The translations under genes and the position numbers were made by a program. The notes below the pieces were generated by a model. It was not told the origin of the DNA. It ran no database searches and was given only the letters and a program-made list of their open reading frames with translations. Positions 1 through 12,702 of a stretch of DNA of 64,000 nt are shown piece after piece. Source of the stretch: an uncultured Methylomirabilota bacterium (GTDB taxonomy: Bacteria; Methylomirabilota; Methylomirabilia; Methylomirabilales; 2-02-FULL-66-22); contig CAWJSJ010000001.1 in assembly GCA_963845565.1 (NCBI GenBank), forward strand, positions 640,001 to 704,000, in the 5' to 3' direction. Each line of letters begins with the position of its first letter. Position 1 is the first letter of the stretch.

Positions 1-1230
<1,230 letters not shown>

Positions 1231-1237
1231 CGCGCCG

Positions 1238-2522
1238 ATGGCCTGGTCCGTTCCCTACGAGCTCTTCCTCAGTCTGCGCTACCTCCGGGCCAAGCGGCGG
1301 TATCGCTCGGTCTCGGTCATCACGGTGATCTCGACGGCCGGGGTGGCGGTCGGGGTGATGGCCCTGATCGTGGTGATGGCCGTGATGAGCGGCTTCGAGT
1401 TCGATCTCCGCAGCAAGATCTTGGGGACCAACGCCCACATCTGGGTCATGCGGTACGGGGAGCGGGGCATCGAGGAGCCGGCCGCGGCGCTGGCGGCGGT
1501 CCGACAGGTTCCGGGGGTCACGGCGGCGTCGGCGTTCACCTATAACGAGGTGCTGCTCACCGCGGCGGGGCGGACCGCGGGCAGCGTGCTGCGCGGGATC
1601 GACCTGGCCTCGGCGCTGGAGGTGACCGAGTTTCGGAAGACCATCAAGACGACCTCCGCCGATCTGGCGGAAGCCCTGCGCAGTCCGCACCCGGTCTTTC
1701 CGCCCGACGGGATTCTGCTCGGGTCGCACCTGGCGGCGACGCTCGGGGTCGGGGTGGGCAGCGCCGTGGACGTGCTCCTGCCTCTCGGAGGGCGATCTTT
1801 CCCCGCTGGGGGTGGTGCCGCGCATGCGGCGCTTCACGGTGGCGGGCGTCTTCCAAGTCGGCTTTGCCGAATTCGACTCCAAACTTGCCATGATCGGCAT
1901 CCCGTCTGCGCAGGCGCTGTTTCGGATGGGGTCGGCCGTCTCGGGAATCGAGGTGCGCGTCACCGACATTTACCAGGCGGCCGGCGTCGCCGACGCGATC
2001 CGGGCGCGGTTGCAGTTCCCTTACTTCACCCGGACCTGGATGGAGCTGAACCGAAACTTCTTCTCGGCGCTGCGGGTCGAGCGGATCGTCATGTTCATCA
2101 TCCTGACGATGATCGTCCTGGTGGCGGCGTTCGGGATCATCAGCACGCTGGTCATGCTGGTCATGCAGAAACGGAAGGAGATCGCCATCCTGAAGTCCAT
2201 GGGAGCCACCAATCGCAGCATCATGGGCCTCTTTGTCGTGCAGGGATTCGTCATCGGGGTGGCTGGGACCGGATTGGGGCTGCTGCTGGGACTCGCAATC
2301 GCGCACAATCTCAATCCGATCGTGGCCGGCGTGGAGTGGCTCTTCGGGTTCAAGGCGTTTCCCCAGGATGTCTATCTGCTGGACAAACTGCCGTCGCGGG
2401 TGCTCTGGCCGGATGTTCTGGCTATCTCGTGCACGTCGGTGTTGATCAGCCTCTTGGCCACCATCCTGCCGTCGCGGCAAGCGGCAGCGGTCGATCCAGT
2501 GGTGGCGATCCGGTATGAGTAG
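1238..2522 (+). CDS. lolE: Lipoprotein-releasing ABC transporter permease LolC/E, apparent +1 frameshift near 1790
   Basis: N-half (GVAVGVMALIVVMAVMSGF) is in ORF 1238; C-half (KEIAILKSMGAT, DVYLLDKLP, DPVVAIRYE) is in ORF 1812. Removing one G from ggagggcgat gives GGDLSPLGVVPRM. Confidence 0.9.
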
Positions 2523-2523
2523 G

Positions 2524-2565
2524 GCGGAGAGCCGAGAGCAGAGAACCTAGCGCCGAGAACCGAGA
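2524..2565 (+). repeat. Degenerate heptamer tandem repeat
   Basis: gcggaga gccgaga gcagaga acctagc gccgaga accgaga directly after the lolE stop. Confidence 0.65.
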
Positions 2566-2603
2566 CGAACGCACCGCTGATCGCACGGCGAGACGACTGA
2601 ATA

Positions 2604-3278
2604 ATGCTTGAGTCCATTATTGCGCAGGACGTAAATAAGAGTTTCGCACGGGACGGGGAGCGGGTCGAGGTGCTCACGGGGGTAACCCTCACCGTCGCCG
2701 CGGGCGAACTGGCCGCCATCGTGGGCCCGTCGGGGGTTGGCAAGAGCACGCTTCTGCACCTTCTTGGTGGCCTGGAGCGGCCAACCTCGGGGACCATCCG
2801 CTACGGCGAGACCGATCTGGCAGGGCTCTCCGATCTCGACCTGGCGCGCTTCCGGAACCGGCGGGTGGGGTTCGTCTTCCAATTCCACCATCTCCTTCCG
2901 GAGTTCTCTGCGGCGGAGAACGTGATGCTGCCTCTCCTGATCCGGCGGCTCCCTGCCGCCGATGCGCGGGCGCGGGCCGTGGCGTTGCTGAAGCGGGTGG
3001 GCCTGGGAGAACGGGTTCGGCACCGGCCGGGCGAGATGTCCGGGGGGGAGCAGCAGCGGGTGGCGATCGCGCGAGCGCTGATCGGGGATCCGGCAGTCCT
3101 CCTGGCCGACGAACCGACGGGGAATCTGGACACCAAGACCGGCGGAGAGGTCTTTGAATTGATCCGCGAACTCAACCGCGAGCGGCGGCTGACCTGCGTC
3201 TTTGTCACGCACAACGAGGAGCTGGCCCGACGGACCGACCGGATTCTCCGAATGCTGGACGGCCGGATGCTCGAATAG
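2604..3278 (+). CDS. lolD: Lipoprotein-releasing ABC transporter ATP-binding protein
   Basis: Walker A GPSGVGKST, LolD motif GFVFQFHHLL, SGGEQQRVAIARAL, ADEPTGNLD. Confidence 0.95.
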   Translation: MLESIIAQDVNKSFARDGERVEVLTGVTLTVAAGELAAIVGPSGVGKSTLLHLLGGLERPTSGTIRYGETDLAGLSDLDLARFRNRRVGFVFQFHHLLPEFSAAENVMLPLLIRRLPAADARARAVALLKRVGLGERVRHRPGEMSGGEQQRVAIARALIGDPAVLLADEPTGNLDTKTGGEVFELIRELNRERRLTCVFVTHNEELARRTDRILRMLDGRMLE

Positions 3279-3513
3279 CCAGGGGTTCGTCGGCCGGCGC
3301 ATGGGCCGCTCCGCGCGCGGTCCGCGTCCCGGAAACAAAACATCGACCGATGGCCGCACCCCACGTCATCGGGCCCCTCATACCTGGTCCGATTTCGGCC
3401 TTCCCGTCCTTCCGATCGTCGGGTATACTCCCCATGGAGTACAGGCGTGCCGGATTCCGGCGTTGTGGGCGCCGCCCGGCGGAGGATCAGAGCGTTACGG
3501 CGAGGAGCGAGTT

Positions 3514-5949
3514 ATGTTCGAACGATTTACCGAGCGTGCCCGTAAAGTCATCATTCTGGCCCGCGAAGAGGCGATCCGCCTGGGGCACAATTTCGTCGGG
3601 ACGGAGCATCTGTTGCTGGGGCTCATCCGGGAAGGGGACGGTCTGGCGGTCGCCATCCTGAAGAAGCTGAACGTCAGCATCTCGGCGCTGAAGGCGGAGA
3701 TCGAGAAGGTGGTGGCGGTCGGGACCGAGTTCTCCCCGGCCGGCGAGATCCCCTTCACCCCGCAGGCCAAAAAAGTGCTGGAGTACGCCATCTCCGAGGC
3801 GCGCTCGCTGAGCCACAACTACATCGGCACCGAGCACCTGCTTCTGGGGCTGATCCGCGAGGGCGAGGGGATCGCATCGCTGGTGCTGCGAGATTTCGGG
3901 GTCAGCGTGGCTGCGGCCAAGTCGCAGGCGCAGGAACTGCTCGGGGAGCAAGCGTCCAAGCAGCCGACCGCAAACCGGACGCCGGCCCTGGACGAGTTCG
4001 GCGTGGACTTGACGACCGCGGCCCGACAGGACAAGCTGGATCCGGTGATCGGTCGAGACGCGGAGATCGAGCGGGTCATCCAGGTGCTGAGTCGGCGGAA
4101 GAAGAACAACCCGGTTCTGATCGGCGAGGCGGGTGTGGGGAAGACCGCCATCGTCGAGGGGTTGGCGCTCCGGATCGTGGCCAACAACGTGCCGGAGACC
4201 CTGCTCAAGCGGCGCGTGGTACAGCTGGATCTGGCAGGTATGGTGGCCGGCACCAAGTACCGTGGGCAGTTCGAGGAGCGGTTGAAGGCGGTGGTGAAGG
4301 AGATCCAGCAGGCCAACAATGTGATCCTCTTCATCGACGAACTGCACACCCTGGTGGGGGCGGGCGCGGCCGAAGGCGCCATCGATGCCAGCAACATGCT
4401 GAAACCGGCGCTGGCGCGGGGCGAACTCCAGTGCATCGGCGCCACCACCATGGACGAGTACCGCAAGCATGTCGAGAAAGACCGCGCGCTCGAGCGTCGA
4501 TTCCAGGCCATCCACGTCGGGCCGCCCAGCGTGGACGAGACCATCCGCATTTTACGGGAGATCAAGGATCGCTACGAGACGCACCATCAGGCCCTCATCA
4601 CGGACGAGGCGGTCGTGGCGGCGGCACGCCTTTCGCAGCGGTATATTGCCGATCGGTTCCTTCCGGACAAGGCCATCGACGTGATCGACGAGGCCGGCGC
4701 CCGGGCCCGACTGAAGGGAATGACGCTCCCGGCGGAGCTCCGCGAGATGGAGAACGAGGCGGAGCGGTTGCGGGGACAGAAAGAGGATGCCATCCGCACG
4801 CAAGCGTTCGAGGTGGCGGCACGCCTGCGGGATACGGAGCGCAGGCTGCGGGCGGAGTTGGAAGAACGCAAGACCGAATGGAAGGAGCAGCGCTCCAAGG
4901 CCAAGACGACTGTGACGGACGAGGACGTGGCCTACGTGGTCGCCAAGTGGACCGGAATTCCTCTTCAGCAACTGGAGGAGGCAGAGTCGGCGAAACTCCT
5001 GCGCATGGAATCGGAGCTGGGGCGGCGCGTGGTCGGGCAGGAAGAGGCCATCAAGGCGGTGTCGCGCGCCATTCGCCGTTCGCGGGCGGGGGTCAAGAAC
5101 CCGAATCGCCCCGTCGGGTCGTTCATCTTCCTGGGCCCCACCGGGGTCGGGAAGACCGAATTGGCAAAAGCCCTGGCGGAGTTTCTCTTCGGCACCGAGG
5201 ACGCGCTGATCCGGGTGGACATGTCGGAGTACATGGAGCGTTTCTCGACCTCGCGGCTGATCGGCGCCCCGCCGGGTTACATCGGCTACGACGATTCGGG
5301 TCAGCTGACGGAAAAGGTCCGTCGGCGTCCGTTCTCGCTGGTCCTCCTGGACGAAATCGAGAAGGCCCACCCCGAGGTATTCAACCTGCTTCTCCAGATC
5401 CTGGAGGATGGGCGACTGACCGACAGCTACGGGCGGGTGGTGGACTTCCGGAACGCCATCTTGATCATGACCTCCAACGTCGGCACGCGTCAGTTTACCC
5501 TGCACACGAACCTGGGGTTCGCCAAAGGGGGAGACGAGGCGCACTCCTATGACAAGATGCGAGAGACGGTCTTGAACGAACTCAAGCGGGCCTTCAATCC
5601 CGAACTCCTGAACCGGATCGATGAGGTGACCGTCTTTCACCCGTTGACCATGGCGCACATGCGCCAGATCGTGGAGTTGATGCTGCAGCGGTTGCAGGAG
5701 CAGCTGAAAGAGCGGCAGATGAGCCTTCAGGTGGACGACGAGGCCAAGGATTTCCTCATTCAGCAGGGTTTCGACCCGAACTACGGAGCGCGCCCGTTGC
5801 GTCGGGCAATACAGCGCCACGTGGAGGATGCCCTGGCGGAGGAAGTGCTTCGTGGCCGGTTTCCCGAAGGCGCGGCGGTGCGGATCAAGAAAGGGGACGG
5901 GGCCAGTCTGATTTTCGAAGGAGTCGAGCCGGTCGAGGCGACGTCCTGA
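3514..5949 (+). CDS. clpC: ATP-dependent Clp protease ATP-binding subunit ClpC
   Basis: Starts [12 protein letters not shown] after gaggag RBS. Double Clp-N repeats, two AAA domains ([16 protein letters not shown]), UVR coiled coil. Confidence 0.95.
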   Translation: MFERFTERARKVIILAREEAIRLGHNFVGTEHLLLGLIREGDGLAVAILKKLNVSISALKAEIEKVVAVGTEFSPAGEIPFTPQAKKVLEYAISEARSLSHNYIGTEHLLLGLIREGEGIASLVLRDFGVSVAAAKSQAQELLGEQASKQPTANRTPALDEFGVDLTTAARQDKLDPVIGRDAEIERVIQVLSRRKKNNPVLIGEAGVGKTAIVEGLALRIVANNVPETLLKRRVVQLDLAGMVAGTKYRGQFEERLKAVVKEIQQANNVILFIDELHTLVGAGAAEGAIDASNMLKPALARGELQCIGATTMDEYRKHVEKDRALERRFQAIHVGPPSVDETIRILREIKDRYETHHQALITDEAVVAAARLSQRYIADRFLPDKAIDVIDEAGARARLKGMTLPAELREMENEAERLRGQKEDAIRTQAFEVAARLRDTERRLRAELEERKTEWKEQRSKAKTTVTDEDVAYVVAKWTGIPLQQLEEAESAKLLRMESELGRRVVGQEEAIKAVSRAIRRSRAGVKNPNRPVGSFIFLGPTGVGKTELAKALAEFLFGTEDALIRVDMSEYMERFSTSRLIGAPPGYIGYDDSGQLTEKVRRRPFSLVLLDEIEKAHPEVFNLLLQILEDGRLTDSYGRVVDFRNAILIMTSNVGTRQFTLHTNLGFAKGGDEAHSYDKMRETVLNELKRAFNPELLNRIDEVTVFHPLTMAHMRQIVELMLQRLQEQLKERQMSLQVDDEAKDFLIQQGFDPNYGARPLRRAIQRHVEDALAEEVLRGRFPEGAAVRIKKGDGASLIFEGVEPVEATS

Positions 5950-5979
5950 CGCCCATCCTACGGTACGTGATCGGCAGGG

Positions 5980-6010
5980 AAAATTGCCCCCTCGGGGGCA
6001 ATTTTTTCTT
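5980..6010 (+). terminator. Intrinsic terminator, potentially bidirectional
   Basis: aaaattgcccc-ctcg-ggggcaatttt followed by a T-rich tail after clpC. Confidence 0.85.
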
Positions 6011-6076
6011 GGCTTTTCGCAGAGATAATGATAATTTGCGCCGGCATTTCTGTGAAAGGGCTGGTCGCAAAGAATT

Positions 6077-8426
6077 ATGATCTGCCATGAACAGTATCCC
6101 GCGCTCGTGACGCCGTCCCGACGATCGCCGCCGCAATTTCTTCCCCAACTTTTCCTCCTGTTGTTGCTCGCCCTGGTTCCGGTTTCGCCGACTTGGGTGG
6201 GTGCGCAGGACCAGCCGATGGTCACGCAAATCGACGTGGTCGGAGCCAAGAAGGTCGAGGAGGCGACGGTCCGCTTCAAGCTCAAGACCCGTGTCGGGGA
6301 CGCATATTCCCCCGAGGTCGTCCGCGAGGATGTCAAGTCGCTGTACGGGCTTGGGTATTTCGAGGACATCGTCGTCCAGGCGGATATCTTCGAGGGCGGC
6401 CTAAAGGTGATCTTCGTCCTACAGGAAAAGCCCAGCATCCAGAAGATCACGATCGCCGGCAACAAGAAGCTTGCCGTTGACAAGATCAAGGGCAAGATCG
6501 ACCTCGTCGAGGGGGCCATCGTTCCGCCGGGAGCGCTGTCCAAGAACGCCGAGAAGATCCGCCTGTTCTACGAGGAGGAAGGCTATTACCAGGCGCGGGT
6601 GGACGGACGGGAGGAGCGCATCTCTCCCCAGGACGTGACGGTGACGTTCGACATCGTCGAGGGGGACAAGTTCGACGTCGGTGAGATCCGGATCGTCGGC
6701 AACAAGTATCTTAAGGAAAAAGACATCAAGGCGAAGCTTCAGACGTCCGAAGTCTTCCTCTGGTTCTTCGGGGGCACGCTCAAGCGCGAGGAGCTTCGCC
6801 GGGACCTGGACCGCATCCGGGCGTATTACCTCGATAACGGATTCCTCGACATTGCCGTTGGAGAGCCGGAAATCCAGATCGACCCGGCCAAAAAGAACCT
6901 ACGGGTGGTGATCACCGTGGACGAGGGGGCCCAGTATCGCATCGGCGAGTTGACGGTGACCGGTGCGCGCCTCTTCCCCGAAGCGGAGATCCGGGGGCTG
7001 CTGCAGAGTCAAAAGGGCGGGATCTTTAGCCGAGAGAAGCTCCAGGCGGACGTGGTGGCGATCACCGACCGGTATGCCGAGTGGGGGTACTTGTTCGCCG
7101 ATGCGGTGCCGGTGACCGATATGCGGCGCGAGGACCGGATCGTGAACGTCTCGCTGGAGGTCACCGAGGGGCGGCAGGCATTCATCAACCGCATCGAGAT
7201 CGTCGGGAACGATCGGACGCGGGACAAGGTGATCCGGCGGGAACTCCCGCTGATCGAGGGCGACGTGTTCAATAGCGCCCTGCTGAAACAGGGCCGACAG
7301 AGACTGGAGGGGATTGGGTTCTTTGAAGAAGTGAAGGTGGAGACGCGACGGGGGACGGCGGAAGACCGGGTGGATGTCGTCGTGGACGTGAAGGAGAAGC
7401 CCACGGGCGCCTTCACCATCGGCGGCGGCTTCAGCTCGGTGGACGGCCTTCATCGGCACGGTGAGCATTTCCCAAAACAACCTGTTCGGGTACGGGAAGC
7501 GGGCCACCGCGGCGGTCCAGATCGGTCAGAACGCCAACCGCTTCAATTTAGTGTACAGCGATCCCCATTTCTGGGACAGCGACTTCCTGTTCGAAGCCCG
7601 GGCGTTCAAGACGGCCACGTCGAACTACGAAGACACGCAGGGGTACAACACCCAGACCACGGGTGGGGTGATTTCGTTTGGACGCATGCTCTTCGGCCAG
7701 GTGTTCGGCTTGTTGTCCTACACTCTCGAGAACGTTGTGCTCACGGATATCCAACCCTTCGCGCCGATCATCATCCAGGAGCAGGCGGCGCAGAACAACG
7801 GCGACTCGACGACCAGTGCGCTGTCCCTCGCGCTCACCCGGGATACCCGGGATTCGTTCGCCGAGCCGACCCGCGGGAACAAGACACGCGTCGCCGCCAC
7901 ATACGCGGGCGGCTTCCTCGGGGCGGAGAACAATTTTACGAAGTATTCCGTCGAATCCTCGCAATACTGGCCGATCTGGTGGAAGCTGGTGGGCAATCTG
8001 CGGGGCACGTTCTGGTATGGGGACTCCTTCGAGGACACCCCGGTCCTGCCCGCGCAAGAGCGGTTCTATTTGGGCGGCGCCAACACCATCCGCGGTTTCA
8101 AGAATTTCACCGTCAGCCCGAAGTCGCCGGTGACCGGCGGATATACCGGCGGGAACAAAGCGTACTTCGTCAACACGGAGATTATCTTTCCATTGTACGA
8201 GCCCTTGCGCATGCGGGGCGTGGTATTCTACGACATCGGCAACAACCTGGCGGAGCTCGCCAGCCTCGGCGACCTGTTCACGCAGCAGCCTCGGCAGGGA
8301 GCCGGCATCGGTATTCGGTTCAACTCCCCCATGGGGGCGATTCGGCTGGAGTGGGGCTTCAACTTGGACCGGCGCGAAGGGGAACGGTCGCAGGTCCTGT
8401 ACTTCACGGCGGGCGGGGCGTTCTGA
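6077..8426 (+). CDS. bamA: Outer membrane protein assembly factor BamA, apparent +1 frameshift near 7448 (start uncertain)
   Basis: Signal peptide and POTRA repeats (TRDKVIRRE) in ORF 6077. Barrel with IRGF, SPMGAIRLEWG and terminal F in ORF 7461. One base removed at gacggccttcatcggc joins them. Confidence 0.92.
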
Positions 8427-8528
8427 GGAGCGACGCTCTGGGGGCACGCGTCGTTTCGCGCACGGCGCGCGGCGACCGAATCTGTGTCGGGGCGGGAACG
8501 ACACGGGGAACAGGAGGGATAGGCGAAA

Positions 8529-9074
8529 GTGAAGACGGGGTATGGAACCAGCGGGCGGCGCGTCGCCATTCTCGGGGCGGGGCTGGCGTTGATCGTGGCG
8601 TGGGGGGGTGTGGGGTGGGCCGCGCAGTCAATTCGAGTGGGCGTGGTGGATGTCCAGCAGATCCTGAACCAGTCGCAGCGCGGGCAGGTCTTGAAGCAGA
8701 AGTTGGAACAGGAGCGGACCGGTCGGCAAAAAGAGCTGGATGCGCGACAACAAGAGCTGCTCAAGCTCCAGTCGGAGTATGAGAAGCAATCCCCGGTCCT
8801 GAGCGAACAGGCCAAGCGGGAAAAGAAGGAGTCCATCGAGCGGCGCGTTCGGGACGCCCGCCGGGTGGCCGAGGACGCCAACCGCGACTTCGAGAAGAAG
8901 GTGCGCGACGCGGAGATGGAAACCACCCGGGAGATTTTTTCGGTTATCCAAGAGTACGGGAAGGACCAAGGGTTCAGCCTGATCCTGGAGCGGAGCAGTC
9001 TCATCTTCAGCGCCGCGTCGGTGGATGTGACCAGCGAGGTCATCAAGCGGTACGACGCCAAAGGGGTGAAGTAG
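8529..9074 (+). CDS. skp: OmpH/Skp periplasmic chaperone
   Basis: Signal peptide, IRVGVVDVQQIL, long coiled coil, DVTSEVIKRYD. Lies between bamA and lpxD. Confidence 0.9.
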   Translation: MKTGYGTSGRRVAILGAGLALIVAWGGVGWAAQSIRVGVVDVQQILNQSQRGQVLKQKLEQERTGRQKELDARQQELLKLQSEYEKQSPVLSEQAKREKKESIERRVRDARRVAEDANRDFEKKVRDAEMETTREIFSVIQEYGKDQGFSLILERSSLIFSAASVDVTSEVIKRYDAKGVK

Positions 9075-9128
9075 GGTGGCGCGGGAGGACCGGAGCGGGG
9101 GGAGTTCGGCGTTCGAGCGGAGGCCATA

Positions 9129-10154
9129 GTGCGCTTGGGAGAGTTGGCCGAACGACTGGGATGCCGCCTGGAAGGCGACGGCACCGTCGAGATCGTCGGG
9201 GTGCGCGCGTTGGAAGACGCGGGGCCGGCGGACCTCACGTTTGTCACCGAGGCCCGGCACTTGCCCCGTTTGGCGATGTCGCGGGCGGCGGCCGTCTTGC
9301 TGGCCGAATCGTTGCCGGCTGCCCGTCGCCCCGCCTTGCGCACGTCTAATCCCTACCTGACCTTGGCCCACGTCCTCGGCGTCTTTTGTCCGCCGCAGGC
9401 CGGCGTTCCGGGGGTCCACCCGACGGCCGTGATATCGGCCGGTGCCCGCGTGGATGGCACAGCCAGCGTCGGTCCACTGTGCGTGCTTTCCCCGGGAGCG
9501 GAGGTGGGCGCCGGAACGATTCTGGACGCGCAGGTCTTCCTCGGCGTGAACGCGCGGGTTGGGCGGGACTGCCGCCTCTTTCCGCAGGTGACGCTACGAG
9601 AGGGGACCGAGCTGGGCGATCGCGTGGTGGTGCACAGCGGGACGGTGATCGGCGCCGACGGTTTCGGTTACGCGCGCGATGGAGCCCGGTACGTCAAGAT
9701 CCCCCAAATCGGTCGCGTCGTCCTGGAGGACGACGTCGAGATCGGGGCCAATGTGGCCATCGACCGGGCCACGCTCGGAACGACCCGGATCGGTCGGGGA
9801 ACCAAGATCGACAACCTGGTACAGATCGCCCACAACGTCCAGGTGGGCGAAGACACCGTGATCGTGGCCCAGGTGGGAATATCGGGAAGCTCCCGCATCG
9901 GGTCGCGGGTGACGCTTGCCGGGCAAGTCGGGGTGACCGACCACGTTCAGATTGGTGATAACGCCATCGTCGGCGCGCAGGCTGGGGTGAGCAAGGACGT
10001 GCCGGACGGCGCGATCATGCTGGGAGCACCGGCGATTCCCCACCTGGAGTTCAAACGCCAACTCGCCGCTACGGCGCGATTGCCGCAGATGGGCAAGACG
10101 CTCCGGGCGCTGGAGGAGCGTCTGCGGGCGCTGGAAGCACGTCTGGAGCGCTGA
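9129..10154 (+). CDS. lpxD: UDP-3-O-(3-hydroxyacyl)glucosamine N-acyltransferase
   Basis: Hexapeptide repeats, GADGFGY, KIPQIG, DVEIGAN..IDR, KIDNLVQIAHN. Confidence 0.96.
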   Translation: MRLGELAERLGCRLEGDGTVEIVGVRALEDAGPADLTFVTEARHLPRLAMSRAAAVLLAESLPAARRPALRTSNPYLTLAHVLGVFCPPQAGVPGVHPTAVISAGARVDGTASVGPLCVLSPGAEVGAGTILDAQVFLGVNARVGRDCRLFPQVTLREGTELGDRVVVHSGTVIGADGFGYARDGARYVKIPQIGRVVLEDDVEIGANVAIDRATLGTTRIGRGTKIDNLVQIAHNVQVGEDTVIVAQVGISGSSRIGSRVTLAGQVGVTDHVQIGDNAIVGAQAGVSKDVPDGAIMLGAPAIPHLEFKRQLAATARLPQMGKTLRALEERLRALEARLER

Positions 10155-10177
10155 GGTTCTGTTCGCGGGGGAGGCTC

Positions 10178-10660
10178 ATGGCCGATGTGATCGAGATTCA
10201 GGCGGTGTTGCCCCATCGGTATCCGTTCCTCCTGGTGGATCGGATCCTTGAGATCGAGCTGGGCAAACGAGTGGTGGGTCTGAAGAACGTGACGATCAAC
10301 GAGCCGTTTTTCGCGGGCCATTATCCCGGGCACCCGATCATGCCCGGCGTCCTCATCCTGGAGGCCATGGCGCAGGTGGGCGGGTTCCTGCTGATGCGAA
10401 GTTTGAACCTGCGTGCCGTGAACAAGGTCCTGTATTTCACCGGGATAGACCATGCCCGTTTTCGGCGGCCGGTGGTGCCCGGGGATCAGATTCGTTTCGA
10501 GGTGGAATTGGTCCAGCGGCGGCGACATGTGTGCCGGATGAAGGGTGTCGCGCTGGTGGACGGAAAGACTGCGGCCGAAGCGGAAATGAATGCCGTGGCG
10601 GTGGATCGCGACCCCGAAACGCCTCCGGCCGAAGCGGGCGCGGTCTCGGAGAGAACGTGA
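10178..10660 (+). CDS. fabZ: 3-hydroxyacyl-ACP dehydratase
   Basis: LPHRYPFLLVDR, GHYPGHPIMPGVLILEAMAQ. Confidence 0.96.
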   Translation: MADVIEIQAVLPHRYPFLLVDRILEIELGKRVVGLKNVTINEPFFAGHYPGHPIMPGVLILEAMAQVGGFLLMRSLNLRAVNKVLYFTGIDHARFRRPVVPGDQIRFEVELVQRRRHVCRMKGVALVDGKTAAEAEMNAVAVDRDPETPPAEAGAVSERT

Positions 10661-10871
10661 CCGTCGAATACCCCCGCGGCGACGGCGCCGCCGATGGGAG
10701 TCGTCGAGTGCGGGTCTCGCACCGGATGCTGCAGAAACGGGGTTGCCCCGCCTGCGCCGACCGAAGCCGCCGGGGTCGGTCAGCTGACGCCGTTGTGGTC
10801 TCCCCACCCGTGATCCGTCCTTGAACGACGCATTCACGTGCTCCTCGCCCGGGAGCGGATCGATCTCTCCT

Positions 10872-11672
10872 ATGACTGCGGTCGGGATCATCGCAGGCGG
10901 AGGACGGTTGCCCTTTGTGGCGGCAGCGGAGGCGCGGGCTCGCGGTCTTCGGGTCGTTGCAGTCGGCATCCGGGGCGAGACCGATCCGGCGCTCGCCGAT
11001 CAGGTGGACGTGCTCCACTGGGTCCACTTCGGGCAGTTCGGCGCCGTGATCAAGAGCCTGCGTCGGGAAGCCGTGGCGGACGTGCTGCTCCTCGGCAAGG
11101 TCGAGATCACGCACATATTTTCCAACATCCGCCCCGACCTCTTGGGCGCGCGGGTCCTTCTCAAGGCGCGAGACCTGCGCGGGGACAGCCTGCTCGAAGC
11201 GGTCGTGGAGATCCTGGACGGGGAAGGCATCCGGGTATTGGAAACCCCGCCGTTTCTCGGTCCGATCTTGCTGCCGCCGGGTGTCCTGACGCGGCGGGCA
11301 CCGAGTGCGCGCGAGCAGAAGGACATTCAACTGGGCCGGGAGATCGCGCGTCAGATTGCCGGCCTTCGGATCGGACAGACTGTGGTGCTGAAACGGGGAA
11401 CGGTGCTGGCGGTGGAGTCGGTCGAAGGGACGGATGCGGCCATTCGCCGGGGCGGTGAGCTCGGCCGCGGCGGGGTTGTGGTCGTCAAGGTCGGGCGCGC
11501 CGATCAGGACCTCCGTTTCGACCTGCCGACCATCGGTCCGGGGACGCTGGGTCCCCTCCAGGACGCCAGCGCCACGGCGCTGGCGTTGGAGGCGGGACGA
11601 AGCCTCCTGGTGGACCGGGAGCAATTCGTCGCCGGGGCGAACGCGTTGGGCCTGACGGTGGTCGTGGAATAG
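10872..11672 (+). CDS. lpxI: UDP-2,3-diacylglucosamine diphosphatase LpxI (DUF1009)
   Basis: VGIIAGGGRLP, IGQTVV, VESVEGTD, QDLRFDLPTIG. Confidence 0.9.
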   Translation: MTAVGIIAGGGRLPFVAAAEARARGLRVVAVGIRGETDPALADQVDVLHWVHFGQFGAVIKSLRREAVADVLLLGKVEITHIFSNIRPDLLGARVLLKARDLRGDSLLEAVVEILDGEGIRVLETPPFLGPILLPPGVLTRRAPSAREQKDIQLGREIARQIAGLRIGQTVVLKRGTVLAVESVEGTDAAIRRGGELGRGGVVVVKVGRADQDLRFDLPTIGPGTLGPLQDASATALALEAGRSLLVDREQFVAGANALGLTVVVE

Positions 11673-11729
11673 GCGACGGCGGCAGCGCCCGGACCGGCGG
11701 AGATGCGCCGATTGGCCTGCGGGAGCGGT

Positions 11730-12665
11730 ATGGACGCCAACCTGCCGAAGGTGAAGGTTGCAGTCATCGGAGTAGGCCATCTCGGGCAACACCACGCCCG
11801 GATTTATTCCGAGCTTCCCGGCGTGGAGTTGGTGGCGATCGCGGACACCTCGGAGGCGCGGCGCCGAGAGGTGGGGGCGCGTCTTCGGGTGCCGACCGTC
11901 GCGGACTACCGATCCTTGATCGGCACGGTGGACGCCGTGAGCGTGGCGGTGCCGACAGCCGCCCACTATCCGATTGCGCTGGCGTTCCTGCAGGCGGGAA
12001 GCGATGTGTTGGTGGAGAAACCGATTACCCAGACCGTGGGTGAGGCCGATGTCCTGATCGCCGCTGCCAAGGGCGGCCGGATCCTGCAGGTCGGCCACAG
12101 CGAACGTTACAACGGGGCGGTCCAGGCTCTGTCGGAACGTGTGCACGATCCGGGATTCATTGAAGTGCATCGCATGGGGCCCTTTCCGAACCGCGGGACG
12201 GACGTGGATGTCGTGCTCGATCTCATGATTCACGACATCGACATCATCCTCACGCTCGTCAAATCGCCGGTGACCGCGGTCAGCGCCGTGGGGGTTCCCG
12301 TGGTCTCCGGGCAGGTGGACATCGCCAATGCTCGCCTGGAGTTCGCTTCGGGTTGCGTGGCCAATATCACGGCCAGCCGGGTCAGCGGGGAGCGGCTGCG
12401 CAAGATCCGCGTGTTCCAGCGCGACACGTACTTCGTCCTGGACTACGCCAACCAGGAACTGAACCTGTTCCGAAAAACCGTGGGCGACGCCACCAGTAAG
12501 ACCCGATTGACACGGATCGAGATCCCGGTGGCCCGCGTGGAGCCGCTGCGTCAGGAGCTCAACGACTTCCTGGAGAGCGTTCGACTGCGGCGGCGCCCTC
12601 TGGTGTCCGGGGAGGCCGGACGGGAGGCGGTGGCGGTCGCCACGCAGATCATCGAGCGTCTGTGA
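11730..12665 (+). CDS. Gfo/Idh/MocA-family oxidoreductase, GnnA-like (UDP-GlcNAc 3-dehydrogenase candidate)
   Basis: VIGVGHLGQHHAR, VLVEKPI, DVDVVLDLMIHDIDI, ANITASRVS. Position between lpxI and lpxB. Confidence 0.8.
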   Translation: MDANLPKVKVAVIGVGHLGQHHARIYSELPGVELVAIADTSEARRREVGARLRVPTVADYRSLIGTVDAVSVAVPTAAHYPIALAFLQAGSDVLVEKPITQTVGEADVLIAAAKGGRILQVGHSERYNGAVQALSERVHDPGFIEVHRMGPFPNRGTDVDVVLDLMIHDIDIILTLVKSPVTAVSAVGVPVVSGQVDIANARLEFASGCVANITASRVSGERLRKIRVFQRDTYFVLDYANQELNLFRKTVGDATSKTRLTRIEIPVARVEPLRQELNDFLESVRLRRRPLVSGEAGREAVAVATQIIERL

Positions 12666-12702
12666 CGGCGCCGGGGTGACTGGGGCAGCAGGGTGCGGCG
12701 GA

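Noticed and set aside
3202..3513. 104 aa extension upstream of clpC
   Set aside because: Overlaps lolD. RBS and the canonical MFERFT start are at 3514.
6024..6042. Fur-box-like gataatgataat upstream of bamA
   Set aside because: Only the first 12 nt match GATAATGATAATCATTATC; the right arm is absent. Insufficient without footprinting.
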